A DNA stretch of 64,000 nucleotides from Cyanobacteriota bacterium (GCA_046052125.1 JBJOMY010000003.1:160001-224000); one strand, 5' to 3'. Positions 8,629 to 18,935 are shown, counted from the stretch's first letter. Notes: generated by a model not told the origin, from the sequence alone. Made by a program: numbers and translations.

Positions 8629-11394
8629 TCAGGCGTGGGTGCTGGCCTGGCGGCGCCACTGCCGCCAGATCTTCTCCAGCTCCAGATAGAGGAAGAACAG
8701 CAGGCTGAAGCCCACGCACACCCCCAGATCGGAAGCCGCCAGCGGTGTGGTGCCGAAGAACGCTGAGAGCGCCGGCACGTAGAGCAGCAGCAATTGCAGG
8801 CCAGTGGTGAGCACCACGGCCCAGAGCAGCCACGGGTTGGAGAAGGGCGCCACCTGCATGAGGGGCAGATCGCTGCGGGCCGAAAGCGCGTGGCCCATCT
8901 GCGCCAGGCAGAGGGTGGTGAACACCATCGTTTTCCAGTGATCGCCGCTGTGACCGGAGGCGTAGAGCATCAGGCCGATCACGATCACCGCGAACACGAT
9001 GCCGATGCGGATGATGTAGCGCCCGATGCCCCGGGCGAAGATCGATTCACCGGGTTCTGCCGGTGCTTTTTCCATTAGGCCTTGTTCACCGGGTTCGAGG
9101 GCGAGGGCCAGGGCCGGCACGCCATCGGTCACCAGGTTCATCCAGAGGATCTGCAGGGGCGAGAGCGGCACGCCCACCAGCCCCAGCAGCGGCGCCGAGG
9201 CGATGGTGATGAGCTCGCCCACGTTGCTGCCCAGGATGTATTTCACGAAGCGGCGGATGTTGGCGTACACCAATCGCCCCTCCTCCACGGCATTCACGAT
9301 CGTGGCGAAGTTGTCATCGAGCAGCACCATGTCGGCTGCTTCCTTGCTCACCTCCGTTCCGGTGATGCCCATGGCCACACCGATGTGAGCCTGCTTGAGG
9401 GCTGGCGCGTCATTCACGCCGTCGCCCGTCATCGCCACCACCTGGCCGTTGGCCTGCAGCGCCTTCACGATCCGCAGCTTCTGCTCGGGCGCCACCCGCG
9501 CGTACACGCTGCAGCGCGCCACCGCCTCCCGCAGGGCGGGCTCTTCCATCGCTTCCAGCTCGCGGCCCAGGATCACTTCACCGTTGGCGTCGGTGAGGCC
9601 GATGGCGGTGCCGATCGCCCGGGCGGTGAGCGGGTGGTCGCCGGTGATCATCACAGGGCGGATGCCGGCCTGGCGGCAGGTGGCAACTGCCGTGGCCACC
9701 TCCGGCCGTGCCGGATCCAGCTGCGCCATCAGGCCCAACAGCACCTGCCCTTCGAGCTCGTCTTCTGGGCTGTGGTGATGCGGCGCGCAGGCGAAGGCCA
9801 GCACGCGCAGACCGGAGGCGGCCAGTTCGCGGGCTTGATTCAGCCACCACTGTTTATGGTCTTCCGTGAGCGCCACCACGCCGGAGCCATCGATCCAGCG
9901 ATCGCACAGGCCGATGATCACTTCAGGGGCGCCCTTGCTGATCAGCAACCGCGACGATCCACTGGCACTGCTGCCGAGGGGGCCCTGCAGCTCGGCGCGG
10001 GGATCCTCGATCCATACCGCCATCAGCTGGCGCTCGGAGCTGAAGGGGATTTCGGCGGCCCGAGGGTAATGGCTGCGCAGCTCGAAATCATCGATACCCG
10101 CCTTCAGGGCCACCACCGAGAGGGCGCCTTCGGTGGGATCGCCGAGAATGTCAAAGCTGCCATCAGCCAGCTGCTTGTGCTCGGCATCGCTGCAAAGCAC
10201 TCCGGCCTGCAGCAACAGCGTGCGGGCACCGGCGGCGGTGCCGGCGCTGGCGCCGGCGGGGACGTCCAGGGCGCTGGCGGTCATGCTGCCGCTGGGGTCG
10301 TAACCCTGACCGCTCACGCTCACCCGCTCGGTGCCCACCCGCAGTTCTTGCACCACTTGGCGGTTCTGGGTGAGGGTGCCGGTTTTATCGGAGCAGATCA
10401 CCGTCACCGAGCCCAGACCCTCCACCGCCGGCAGGCGCCGGATCAGCGCGGCGCGGCGCACCATGCGCTGGGTGCCGATGGCCAGGGTCACCGTGATCAC
10501 CGCCGGCAGCCCCTCCGGCACGATCGCCACCGCCATCGATAGCGACACCTCCAGCAGGTTCATCGGGTCTTGCCCGAGCAGCAGGCCAATGCCCACCACC
10601 ACCGCCACCAGGGCCAGGGCGCTGGACACCAGCACCTTCGCTAGTCCGTCGAGGCGCTCCTGCAGCGGGGTGCTTTCGCCACCAGCCGTGTTGATCAGCT
10701 CGGCGATTTGTCCGAGCTCGGTGGCCATGCCGGTGGCGCTCACCAGGGCCACTCCGCGGCCACGCACCACTTCGGTGCCCTGGAACAGGCAGTTCTGCCG
10801 CTCCAGCACTGGCGTGCCTTCCTCCAGCACAAGATCGGCCTTCTTGAACACCGCTTCGGCTTCACCGGTGAGCGCTGCTTCGCGCACGCCCAGATCGGCG
10901 GCCTCCAGCAGGCGGGCATCGGCGGGCACGCGATCGCCGGCCTCGAGCCGGATCAGATCGCCGGGCACCAGCTCTTCGCTGCCCACCCGTTGCCACTGGC
11001 CATCACGGCGCACTTGCACCATGGGTTGCGCCATATCGCGCAGGGCCAGCAGGGCTTGCTGGGCCTTGCTTTCCTGCAGGTAGCCCAGCAGGCCGTTGAG
11101 CACCACGATCACCAAGATCGCGATCGCATCTTTGGGGAATTCCTTTTGATGCAGCGATACCGCCGCAGAAACCGCCGCCACCGCCAGCAACATGATCAGC
11201 ATCACGTTGCTGAACTGATCCCAGAGGATCTCCCAGGTGCTGCGGCCCTCGGAGAGCTCGAGCTTGTTGGGGCCCGATTCGGCAAGTCGCCGGGCTGTTT
11301 CGGCCGTGCTCAGACCCTCGGGGCTGGCATTCAGCTGCTCCAGGCAGGCCTCGGGGGCCAGGGCGTGGCAGCTCAGGGCGTCTGAGCGGTTCAA
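8629..11394 (-). CDS. Cation-transporting P-type ATPase (P2A/Ca2+-ATPase-like)
   Basis: LTGEA, IVPEGLP, CSDKTGTLT, KGAPE, MTGDGVNDAPAL, SNVGE, LWMNLVTDG. Confidence 0.93.
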   Translation of the reverse strand: MNRSDALSCHALAPEACLEQLNASPEGLSTAETARRLAESGPNKLELSEGRSTWEILWDQFSNVMLIMLLAVAAVSAAVSLHQKEFPKDAIAILVIVVLNGLLGYLQESKAQQALLALRDMAQPMVQVRRDGQWQRVGSEELVPGDLIRLEAGDRVPADARLLEAADLGVREAALTGEAEAVFKKADLVLEEGTPVLERQNCLFQGTEVVRGRGVALVSATGMATELGQIAELINTAGGESTPLQERLDGLAKVLVSSALALVAVVVGIGLLLGQDPMNLLEVSLSMAVAIVPEGLPAVITVTLAIGTQRMVRRAALIRRLPAVEGLGSVTVICSDKTGTLTQNRQVVQELRVGTERVSVSGQGYDPSGSMTASALDVPAGASAGTAAGARTLLLQAGVLCSDAEHKQLADGSFDILGDPTEGALSVVALKAGIDDFELRSHYPRAAEIPFSSERQLMAVWIEDPRAELQGPLGSSASGSSRLLISKGAPEVIIGLCDRWIDGSGVVALTEDHKQWWLNQARELAASGLRVLAFACAPHHHSPEDELEGQVLLGLMAQLDPARPEVATAVATCRQAGIRPVMITGDHPLTARAIGTAIGLTDANGEVILGRELEAMEEPALREAVARCSVYARVAPEQKLRIVKALQANGQVVAMTGDGVNDAPALKQAHIGVAMGITGTEVSKEAADMVLLDDNFATIVNAVEEGRLVYANIRRFVKYILGSNVGELITIASAPLLGLVGVPLSPLQILWMNLVTDGVPALALALEPGEQGLMEKAPAEPGESIFARGIGRYIIRIGIVFAVIVIGLMLYASGHSGDHWKTMVFTTLCLAQMGHALSARSDLPLMQVAPFSNPWLLWAVVLTTGLQLLLLYVPALSAFFGTTPLAASDLGVCVGFSLLFFLYLELEKIWRQWRRQASTHA

Positions 11395-11450
11395 GTCAGT
11401 CCGGATGTAGCTGTCAAAAGATAGAAGTGGGGTGTTGGACTTTGGGAATG

Positions 11451-11464
11451 GTTACAGCCGATAC
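11451..11464. promoter_or_regulatory. Putative NtcA binding site upstream of amtB-glnK
   Basis: GTT-ACAGCCGA-TAC(A), about 60 nt upstream of the ATG at 11526. Confidence 0.65.
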
Positions 11465-11525
11465 ACAGGCGGTGCAGTGATCCGCGGATGTTGGGCTGGA
11501 TTCCCAAGGAGGATCTCTCTCTCCC

Positions 11526-12980
11526 ATGACCCACGTCCCGAGAGCGGTTGGCGGTGGTCCCACACCCATCGCAGTTTTTGATCACTTCCGAACCCGGGCT
11601 CTGGCCAAGGTTCAGGAGCCTGAGCTGAAGCGCTACGCGGTGATGCTGCTGGCCTTCGGTGCCGGCCTGCTGCCCCTGATGGCCGGTGGCGCCAAGGCGG
11701 CGCTGGCCAAGGTGCCCACCGATGGCGCCGACACCCTGCTGATGCTGATGGGTTCAGCGCTGGTGCTGCTGATGACCCCCGGCCTGGCGTTCTTCTACGG
11801 CGGCTTCACCCGCGCCAAGAACGTGCTCAACACGATGATGATGAGCTTCTTCCTGATGGGGCTCATCGGGGTGCTGTGGGTGGTGGTGGGCTACTCGCTG
11901 GCCTTCGACACCGGCTTCGGCAGCCCCTTCATCGGCGGCCTTGGCCAGATGTGGCTCAACGGCGTGGGCGGTGAGCTGGGCGATGCGCCCTTGGCCGATG
12001 GTTTTGCCATCTCGGCCTCCTCGTTTGCCCTCTTCCAGGGCATGTTCGCGATCATCACGCCGGCGTTGATCTCCGGCGCCCTGGTGGAGCGGATCAACTT
12101 CAAAGCCTGGTTCTGGTTCTCCCTGCTCTGGAGCCTGTTCATCTACTGCCCGATGGCCAAGATGGTCTGGGGTGGCGGCTACATCGGCCCCTTCGGTGAA
12201 ATCGGCGCCATCGACTTCGCTGGCGGCACCGTGGTGCACATCGCCGCCGGTGTGGGTGCTCTGGTGGCCACCGCGATCGTGGGTCCGCGCAGCGGCTTCC
12301 CCGACAGCAAGCGCCCTCCCCACAACGTGCCCTTCATCCTGTTGGGCGCTGGTCTGCTCTGGTTCGGTTGGTTTGGCTTCAACGGCGCCAGCTACTTCGC
12401 CGCCAAGGGTGCGGGTCTCTCCTTCCTCACCACCACCCTCTCGGCTTCGGCCGCGATGCTCACCTGGTGCCTGATCGAGTGGTTCCGTGATGGCAAGCCC
12501 ACCGCCGTGGGCGCTGCTACCGGCGCCGTGGCTGGTCTGGTGGGGATCACCCCCGCTGCCGGTTTCGTGTACATGCCTCAGGCGCTGATCATCGGCGTCG
12601 CCACGGCCGCTGCTTGCTACATCGCTGTGCAGGTGAAGTCGGCGATCAACTTCGATGATTCGCTGGATGCCTACGCCGTTCACGGTGTGGGCGGCACCAT
12701 TGGCGCGCTGCTCACCGGTTTGCTGGCGGTGCCGGCCCTGGTACCTGCGGATTACTTCCCCAAATCGGCCGAGATCCTTGCCAGCGGCGGTAACGGCGCC
12801 CTGTTTGTGGCGCACATCAAGGCTGTGCTCATCTCCTATGGCTTTGTGGGCATTGGCACCGCGATCATCCTCTGGATCGTTGGCGCCACCTGCGGTCTGC
12901 GGGTGTCTCCCCAGGAGGAAGAGCGCGGACTCGACTTCGTGGCCCATGGCGAAGAGGCCTACGACCCCATGACCTACTGA
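11526..12980 (+). CDS. amtB: Ammonium transporter (AmtB type)
   Basis: LMTPGLAFFYGG, FQGMFAIITPALISG, DFAGGTVVH, WFGWFGFNG, DDSLDAYAVHGVGG. Confidence 0.93.
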   Translation: MTHVPRAVGGGPTPIAVFDHFRTRALAKVQEPELKRYAVMLLAFGAGLLPLMAGGAKAALAKVPTDGADTLLMLMGSALVLLMTPGLAFFYGGFTRAKNVLNTMMMSFFLMGLIGVLWVVVGYSLAFDTGFGSPFIGGLGQMWLNGVGGELGDAPLADGFAISASSFALFQGMFAIITPALISGALVERINFKAWFWFSLLWSLFIYCPMAKMVWGGGYIGPFGEIGAIDFAGGTVVHIAAGVGALVATAIVGPRSGFPDSKRPPHNVPFILLGAGLLWFGWFGFNGASYFAAKGAGLSFLTTTLSASAAMLTWCLIEWFRDGKPTAVGAATGAVAGLVGITPAAGFVYMPQALIIGVATAAACYIAVQVKSAINFDDSLDAYAVHGVGGTIGALLTGLLAVPALVPADYFPKSAEILASGGNGALFVAHIKAVLISYGFVGIGTAIILWIVGATCGLRVSPQEEERGLDFVAHGEEAYDPMTY

Positions 12981-12993
12981 GGCCTCGAACCAG

Positions 12994-13332
12994 ATGAAAC
13001 AGATCAAAGCGGTCGTGCGTCCCAGCAAGGTGGACGCCGTGAAAAACGCCTTGGTGGCCATCGATGTGCAGGGCATGACCATCTGCGACGCTCGTGGCTT
13101 CGGCCGTCAGCGCGGCCAGGTGGAGCGCTACCGGGGCAACGAGTTCCGGGTGGACTTCATCCCTAAGGTGCAGATCACCGCGGTGGTTGACGATGACCGG
13201 GTGGAAGCGGTGATCACCGCCATCAGCGAAGCAGCCCGCACCGGCGAAATCGGTGACGGCAAGCTCTTCATCTCCTCGGTGGATGAAGTGGTGCGCATCC
13301 GCACTGGCGATCGCGGCAGCTCGGCTCTCTGA
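12994..13332 (+). CDS. glnK: PII-family nitrogen regulatory protein (GlnK-like paralog)
   Basis: 112 aa; GFGRQRG T-loop, TGEIGDGKLF B-loop, RIRTG C-loop; 13 nt after amtB. Confidence 0.9.
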   Translation: MKQIKAVVRPSKVDAVKNALVAIDVQGMTICDARGFGRQRGQVERYRGNEFRVDFIPKVQITAVVDDDRVEAVITAISEAARTGEIGDGKLFISSVDEVVRIRTGDRGSSAL

Positions 13333-13362
13333 GCTTCCTGGCCGCTGAGCTCACAGCGTTCG

Positions 13363-13385
13363 GCCCCCCGATTGGGGGGCTTTTT
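13363..13385 (+). terminator. Rho-independent terminator after glnK
   Basis: GCCCCCC-GATT-GGGGGGC-TTTTT. Confidence 0.85.
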
Positions 13386-13407
13386 GCTGCGCGGATGAAG
13401 CAGCCTT

Positions 13408-14172
13408 TCAGGCGATCTGGCTGAGGAACTGGCGGCTGCGCTCGTGCTGCGGGTGGGTGAAGAACTGCTCGGGCGGCGCCTCTTCCACCACCTGGCCATC
13501 GGCCATGAGCACCACCCGGCTGGCCACCTGGCGGGCGAAGCGCACCTCGTGGGTCACCACCACCATCGTCATGCCGTCGCGGGCCAGCTCCTGCATCACC
13601 GCCAGCACCTCCTGCACCATTTCCGGATCGAGGGCGCTGGTGGGCTCATCGAAGAGCATGATCCGCGGCTCCATGCAGAGCGAGCGGGCGATTGCCACCC
13701 GCTGCTGCTGGCCGCCCGAGAGTTGGCCGGGGTATTTGCGGGCCTGCTCGTGGATGCCCACCCGCTCCAGCAGCTCGAGCGCCTGCTGCTCCACCTCCCG
13801 CTTGGGCCGCTGCCGCACCAGCGTGGGCGCCAGGGTGAGGTTGTCCAGCACCGTGAGGTGGGGGAAGAGGTTGAACTGCTGAAACACCATGCCCACCTCC
13901 CGGCGGATCGCATCGATGTTGCGCACGTCGTTGGAGAGGGGCATGCCATCCACCGCGATCGAGCCCTTCTGGAAATCCTCCAGGGCGTTGAAGGTGCGGA
14001 TGAAGGTGCTTTTGCCGGAGCCCGAGGGGCCCATGATCACCACCACCTCGCCCTGGTGCACGGTGAGGTCCACCCCCCGCAGCGCCTGGAAGCCGTTGGG
14101 ATACCACTTCTCAACCCCGCGGGCTTCGATCATCACGGGGCTGTTGAGGTTGGCGGCAGCAGCGCTGGTCAT
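13408..14172 (-). CDS. Polar amino acid ABC transporter ATP-binding protein
   Basis: GPSGSGKST, LSGGQQQRVAIAR, LFDEPTSALDPE. Confidence 0.93.
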   Translation of the reverse strand: MTSAAAANLNSPVMIEARGVEKWYPNGFQALRGVDLTVHQGEVVVIMGPSGSGKSTFIRTFNALEDFQKGSIAVDGMPLSNDVRNIDAIRREVGMVFQQFNLFPHLTVLDNLTLAPTLVRQRPKREVEQQALELLERVGIHEQARKYPGQLSGGQQQRVAIARSLCMEPRIMLFDEPTSALDPEMVQEVLAVMQELARDGMTMVVVTHEVRFARQVASRVVLMADGQVVEEAPPEQFFTHPQHERSRQFLSQIA

Positions 14173-15395
14173 GCCTTCGATGTGGCGAGGGGATTGAGGC
14201 GGGTTTCGAGGGCGCGGCTGCCCAGACCCAAAGCGGCGCAGCAGCACCAGAACAACACGGCCAGCACCAGATACACCTCGGCGTTTTTGCCCAGGAATTC
14301 CGGATTGGCCATCACCGCGCGGGCCGTGCCCAGTAGATCGAGCAGGCCGATCAGCGAGAGCAGGGTGGTGTCCTGCAGCAGCGTGATGAATTGCCCCACC
14401 GTGGCCGGCAAGGCCACCCGCAGCGCCTGGGGCAGCACCACATGGATGAGGGCCTGGTGCATCGGCAGGCCCAGGGAGCGGGCCGCTTCCAGTTGCCCGG
14501 GCGGTAGGGCTACCAGGCCGGAGCGCACCGCCTCAGCCACATAGGCCGCGGCGAAGAAGGTGAGCACCCAGGCGGCCCGCCACACCCGATCGGGCGCCAG
14601 GCCGCCGGGCAGCAGGAAGCCCAGGATGTTTTGCCCCAAAAACAGCAGGGTGATCAGCGGCGCGCCCCGGATGAACTCGATGTAGAGCACCGATCCCCAG
14701 CGAAGCAGCGGCAGTTCGCTCCGGCGGCCCAGGGCCAGCAAAATCCCCAGCGGGAAGCAGAGCAGGATCGCGAAGCTGGCCTCCAGCAGGGTGAGCAGCA
14801 GCCCGCCCCACTCACCGGGCGGCACCCGCATCAGGCCAAGGCCGCCACTGATCAGCACCATGCCCACCAGATAGAGCACGGGCCAGATCAGGGGCACCAG
14901 CTTGAGCAGGGTGGCGGGGAGCGTGTGGCCCCAACGGCCGGAGGCCCAGCGCACCAGCAGCAGCACCCCCGTGATCGCCCACCAGCGGCATTGGATGGGC
15001 AGCTCGAGCTTCAGGGCCCAGCTGCCGATCACCGCCAGGGCGATCAGGATGCCGGCTGCCAGTTGGTCGTTACGGGGCCAGCTGCCCTTGCCGCGCAACA
15101 GGCCCCAGCTGAGGCCGCTGGCGGCGGCGATCAGCGCGGTGAGCAGCCACAGGCGCCATTGCTGCTCGATCGGGTAGCGCCCCACCGCAAACAGGGTGGT
15201 GTTGGTTTGAATCACGGCCCATTGGGCCTGAAACAGCACCCAGCGCACAAAGGCGGTGCCCACGGCGAGCAGAAAGCCCACCAGCAAGAGCGTGATCACA
15301 CCATCCAGGGGTGTGGCGAAGAGCTCGCTCTTCAGGGTTCGCCCAAGGCGGTGCAGCGGAGCGGTACGTGTTGGTGTGGCAGAGGGGGATGTCAT
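14169..15395 (-). CDS. natH: Amino acid ABC transporter permease (NatH/AapM-like)
   Basis: YIEFIRGAPLI, AYVAEAVRSG, QLEAARSLG, QDTTLL. Confidence 0.85.
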   Translation of the reverse strand: MTSPSATPTRTAPLHRLGRTLKSELFATPLDGVITLLLVGFLLAVGTAFVRWVLFQAQWAVIQTNTTLFAVGRYPIEQQWRLWLLTALIAAASGLSWGLLRGKGSWPRNDQLAAGILIALAVIGSWALKLELPIQCRWWAITGVLLLVRWASGRWGHTLPATLLKLVPLIWPVLYLVGMVLISGGLGLMRVPPGEWGGLLLTLLEASFAILLCFPLGILLALGRRSELPLLRWGSVLYIEFIRGAPLITLLFLGQNILGFLLPGGLAPDRVWRAAWVLTFFAAAYVAEAVRSGLVALPPGQLEAARSLGLPMHQALIHVVLPQALRVALPATVGQFITLLQDTTLLSLIGLLDLLGTARAVMANPEFLGKNAEVYLVLAVLFWCCCAALGLGSRALETRLNPLATSKA

Positions 15396-16354
15396 CAGCG
15401 CTCCTGGATCTGCACCCAGCTGTTCACCGTGTTCATCAGCGCTGAGATCAGCAGATCGATCACGAGGTAGGAGCCCAGCAGGATCAACACCACCTCCACG
15501 GCACGGCCCGTTTGGTTGAGGGTGGTTTCGGCCACGGAATAGAGATCGGTGTAGCCGCAGGCCACGGCCAGAGAGGAGTTTTTGGCCAGGGAGATGTATT
15601 GGCTGTTGAGGCCCGGCACGATCACCCGCAGTGCCTGGGGCAGCACGATCCGCTGCAGGGTTTGTAGCGGTGAGAGCCCGAGGGAGCGGGCTGCTTCCCA
15701 CTGGCCCGGCGGCACGGAGGCCACCCCACCGCGCACCACCTCAGCGATGAAGGCTGCGGTGTACACCACCAGGCCGGTGAGAAGGGCGCCGAACTCCACC
15801 GTGATGCGCAGGTTGCCCTGCCACACCCCGTTCACCAATTCCGGTGCGCCGAGAAACAACCCCGATTGAGCCAGCACCACTCCTGGGAGCTGGATCGCCC
15901 GCTCACCACCGGGCAGGGCCAGAAACACCACGAAATACCAAAACACCAGCTGCAGCAGCAGCGGGATGTTGCGGATCAGCTCCACATACACCCGCCCGAG
16001 CCGGCGCAGCAGGCCATTGCTGCTGAAGGCGGCCACTCCGATCAAGGTGCCCAGCACGGTGGCTCCCACCAGGCCGGCCACCACCACCCGGAGGGTGTTC
16101 ACCAGTCCGGCCAGCAGGGCGCGCCAGTAGGGCAGCTCGGCGTTGAAGGGCAGCAGCGTTTCCGAAACATCGAAACCAGCCGGGTTGCGCAGCCAGCTCC
16201 AGCTCAGTAACAGGCCGGCGTTGGTGAGGTTGCGCACCAGGTTGCCCACCAGGAACGCCACCACCACCAGCACCACCAGGCCGGTGATGCCTTGCACCAG
16301 CCAGGGAATCAGCCGCCGGTTCCGCCACCAGGGGGTGACCGCAGAAGAGGGCAT
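15395..16354 (-). CDS. natG: Amino acid ABC transporter permease (NatG/AapQ-like)
   Basis: YVELIRNIPLLLQL, AFIAEVVRGG, QWEAARSLG, KNSSLA. Confidence 0.85.
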   Translation of the reverse strand: MPSSAVTPWWRNRRLIPWLVQGITGLVVLVVVAFLVGNLVRNLTNAGLLLSWSWLRNPAGFDVSETLLPFNAELPYWRALLAGLVNTLRVVVAGLVGATVLGTLIGVAAFSSNGLLRRLGRVYVELIRNIPLLLQLVFWYFVVFLALPGGERAIQLPGVVLAQSGLFLGAPELVNGVWQGNLRITVEFGALLTGLVVYTAAFIAEVVRGGVASVPPGQWEAARSLGLSPLQTLQRIVLPQALRVIVPGLNSQYISLAKNSSLAVACGYTDLYSVAETTLNQTGRAVEVVLILLGSYLVIDLLISALMNTVNSWVQIQER

Positions 16355-17415
16355 CAACGGAATGGCGGCGAGTAGATCAGGCCGCCGTTGCTCCACTGCC
16401 GGTTGAGGCCGCGCTCGAGCTTGAGCTTGGAGCCCTGGCCCACGTTGCGCTCAAACAGTTCGCCGTAGTTGCCAACCGCTTTCACGGCCTGCACCACGAA
16501 ATCGGCCGGCAGGCCCAGTTGTTTGCCGAAGTCGCCCTCCACGCCCAGGAAGCGGCGTAGATCGGCCTGGTTGGGATTGGCCTTGGCCTCGGCCACCTTG
16601 GTGTCGATGTTGGCCTGGGTGATGCCGAGTTCCTCGGCCTGCATCAGGGCGTAGATGGTCCAGCGCACGGCATCAGCCCAGCCCGGATCGCCGTTCACGG
16701 TCACGGGAGTGAGCGGTTCCTTGCTCAGCACCTCCGGCAGCAGCACGTGGCCGGCGGGATCGGGGAAGCTGGTGCGCTTGGCGGCCAGCTGGGAGCGGTC
16801 GCTCGTTACGGCTACGCAGCGGCCCTGCAGGTAGGCGGCGTAGGTCTGATCGCCGGTTTGGAACTTCAGCGGGGTGTAGGTGGCCTTGATCTCGCGCATG
16901 CGATCGGCCAGGTTGAGCTCCGTGGTGGTGCCGCTCTCCACGCAGATCGGTTTGCCGGCCAGATCCTTGAGGCTGTTGATGCCGGCGGCCTTGGGGGCCA
17001 TCACGCCCTGGCCGTCATAAAAAACGGTGGGGGCAAAGCTCAGGCCGTTGCCACCGGAGGCATCGCGGCTGAGGGTGTAAGTGGTGTTGCGCGAGAGCAG
17101 ATCGATCTCGCCGCTCGCCAGGGCGGCGAAGCGTTCACTGGAATTGAGATCGCGGAAATCCACCTTCTGGGGATCGCCCAAGGTGGCGGCCGCCACGGCG
17201 CGGCATACATCCACATCCAAGCCGGTGTAGGTGCCGTCGGGGCTCACGAAGCTGAAGCCCGGCAGTTTGCCGTCTACCCCGCAGATCAGCTTGCCGCGGC
17301 TCTTCACGCCATTCAGCTTCTGGCTCTGGATACCACCGCCTTCGCTGGCGCAGCCCACCAGGGCCAGAGCGGCCACCAGTGGCGCACTCAGTGCGAGCTT
17401 GCGCAACCAGACCAT
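16354..17415 (-). CDS. natF: Amino acid ABC transporter substrate-binding lipoprotein (NatF/AapJ-like)
   Basis: Lipobox LVGC; GLDVDVCRAVAAA, DLLSRNTT, GNYGELFERN. Confidence 0.88.
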   Translation of the reverse strand: MVWLRKLALSAPLVAALALVGCASEGGGIQSQKLNGVKSRGKLICGVDGKLPGFSFVSPDGTYTGLDVDVCRAVAAATLGDPQKVDFRDLNSSERFAALASGEIDLLSRNTTYTLSRDASGGNGLSFAPTVFYDGQGVMAPKAAGINSLKDLAGKPICVESGTTTELNLADRMREIKATYTPLKFQTGDQTYAAYLQGRCVAVTSDRSQLAAKRTSFPDPAGHVLLPEVLSKEPLTPVTVNGDPGWADAVRWTIYALMQAEELGITQANIDTKVAEAKANPNQADLRRFLGVEGDFGKQLGLPADFVVQAVKAVGNYGELFERNVGQGSKLKLERGLNRQWSNGGLIYSPPFR

Positions 17416-17452
17416 TGGGACGGTTCAAAATTTCGCGCAGTTTGCCAGTAGA

Positions 17453-18637
17453 TCAGCCTGGCTGGTGGTTCCTGGTGGGCGCCTCCACATCGCTCGGAGC
17501 CAGCAGCAGGCGCCGTTCGAGCAGCAGCAGCCCCACCACGGTGGTCACGGTGACCATCAGCACCAGCGCCGAAAACTGCGGCGCATTGATCACACCGGCA
17601 TTGAGTGCGGTGGTGGCGAACACCAGACCCGGCAGGCCCCGGGGAATCAGCCCGAAGATCACCGCCCAGCGATCCACGCCGCTGCGTTGATCGCGCTCGC
17701 TAATGCCCAGGCCGCAGATCAGCTTGCTCACGATGGCCAGGGCCAGCAGGATCAGGCTCAGCCCCCAGGCCTGGGCATCGAGCAGCGTGCCCGCCTGAAT
17801 CCGCATGCCCACACTGATGAAATAGAGGGGCAGAAACACCTCCGAGATCAATATCAGCAGTTCGCCCACCTGGGGCGGCCGATCCGAGAGGCGATTGAGC
17901 AGCACGCCGCCCCAGAGCGCGCCGAGCAGTGAGGTGAGCCCACTCACTTCGCCCACCCAGGCGCTGCCCACCAGCAGCATTAACACCGCCAGAGGGCTGC
18001 TGGGCACTGCCCGCCCCTGGCGGCGCCACCAGCGGGCGATCCGACCGCTGAGCAGGGCGGCCGCGATCCCCAGCAGAGGCCCAAGCCAGCCACCGCTGCC
18101 GCCGCTGAGATTGCGCCCCCCCAGGGCCACCGCGAGGCTGAGCAGGGCGATCGCCGGCAGGTCGTCGAGCACCGAAACCCCCACCAGCAGTCGGCCCGTA
18201 GGGGTTTGAAGCGCCTGGCGTTGGGCCAGTAGCCGCAGAGTCACGCCCGTGCCGGTGGCCGCCACGCAGGCCAGGCACAGCACAGCCGTGGCCGGGGCCA
18301 TGCCCAGCCCCAGCACCAGCGGCCAGTAGCCCAGCAGCGGGCCAAGCACGCTCAGCCCCAGCAGGCGCAGGATCGTGCCGCGCCGTGAGCTCAGCAGATC
18401 ACCGCGCACCTCCAGACCCACCTGGAAGAACAGGGCCAACACCCCCAGTTCCGTAAGGCCGCTCAACGGAGCGATCGCTTGGTAGGGCAGCAGGGTGTTG
18501 CCCAGCCCAAAGCCGATCAACAGCTCCACCACGATCGCTGGCACCGCCAGCCCCGCCAGCTTGCCCGCCATCAACCGGGCTGCCCCCAGGCCGATCAGCA
18601 GGATCAGCAGCGTGGTGAGCAGGGAAGGGGATTGCAA
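17453..18637 (-). CDS. Cation:proton antiporter (CPA2 family)
   Basis: ELGVLALFFQVGLE, VSVLDDL, PLYFISVG, IPRG. Confidence 0.8.
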   Translation of the reverse strand: MQSPSLLTTLLILLIGLGAARLMAGKLAGLAVPAIVVELLIGFGLGNTLLPYQAIAPLSGLTELGVLALFFQVGLEVRGDLLSSRRGTILRLLGLSVLGPLLGYWPLVLGLGMAPATAVLCLACVAATGTGVTLRLLAQRQALQTPTGRLLVGVSVLDDLPAIALLSLAVALGGRNLSGGSGGWLGPLLGIAAALLSGRIARWWRRQGRAVPSSPLAVLMLLVGSAWVGEVSGLTSLLGALWGGVLLNRLSDRPPQVGELLILISEVFLPLYFISVGMRIQAGTLLDAQAWGLSLILLALAIVSKLICGLGISERDQRSGVDRWAVIFGLIPRGLPGLVFATTALNAGVINAPQFSALVLMVTVTTVVGLLLLERRLLLAPSDVEAPTRNHQPG

Positions 18638-18656
18638 GCCTGCGGCCTCCGGCCGA

Positions 18657-18935
18657 TCAGTTCGACGCTTCGCCCTCAGCCTCAGTGGCTTCGGCGCTCG
18701 GCTTCATGTTGGCTCCCAGCTCGGTGCAGGCCCGGATCGGATCCACATCCGGTGCCAGCCCCAGTGCTTTGCGCAGCGCATCCATCTGACTCACCGATTG
18801 CATATCGAGCGAAGCGGCGGCCTGCTCACAGGCGATTTTCTTGAGGGCCTGGGTATCGGGCGGGCGGCAGCCAGTGAGGCTGGCGGCGCCAACGATCAGC
18901 AGGCTTGTGGCCATCACGAAACGACGAGGGCTCAT
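18657..18935 (-). CDS. Hypothetical lipoprotein
   Basis: MSPRRFVMATSLLIVGAASLTGC lipobox. Confidence 0.55.
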   Translation of the reverse strand: MSPRRFVMATSLLIVGAASLTGCRPPDTQALKKIACEQAAASLDMQSVSQMDALRKALGLAPDVDPIRACTELGANMKPSAEATEAEGEASN

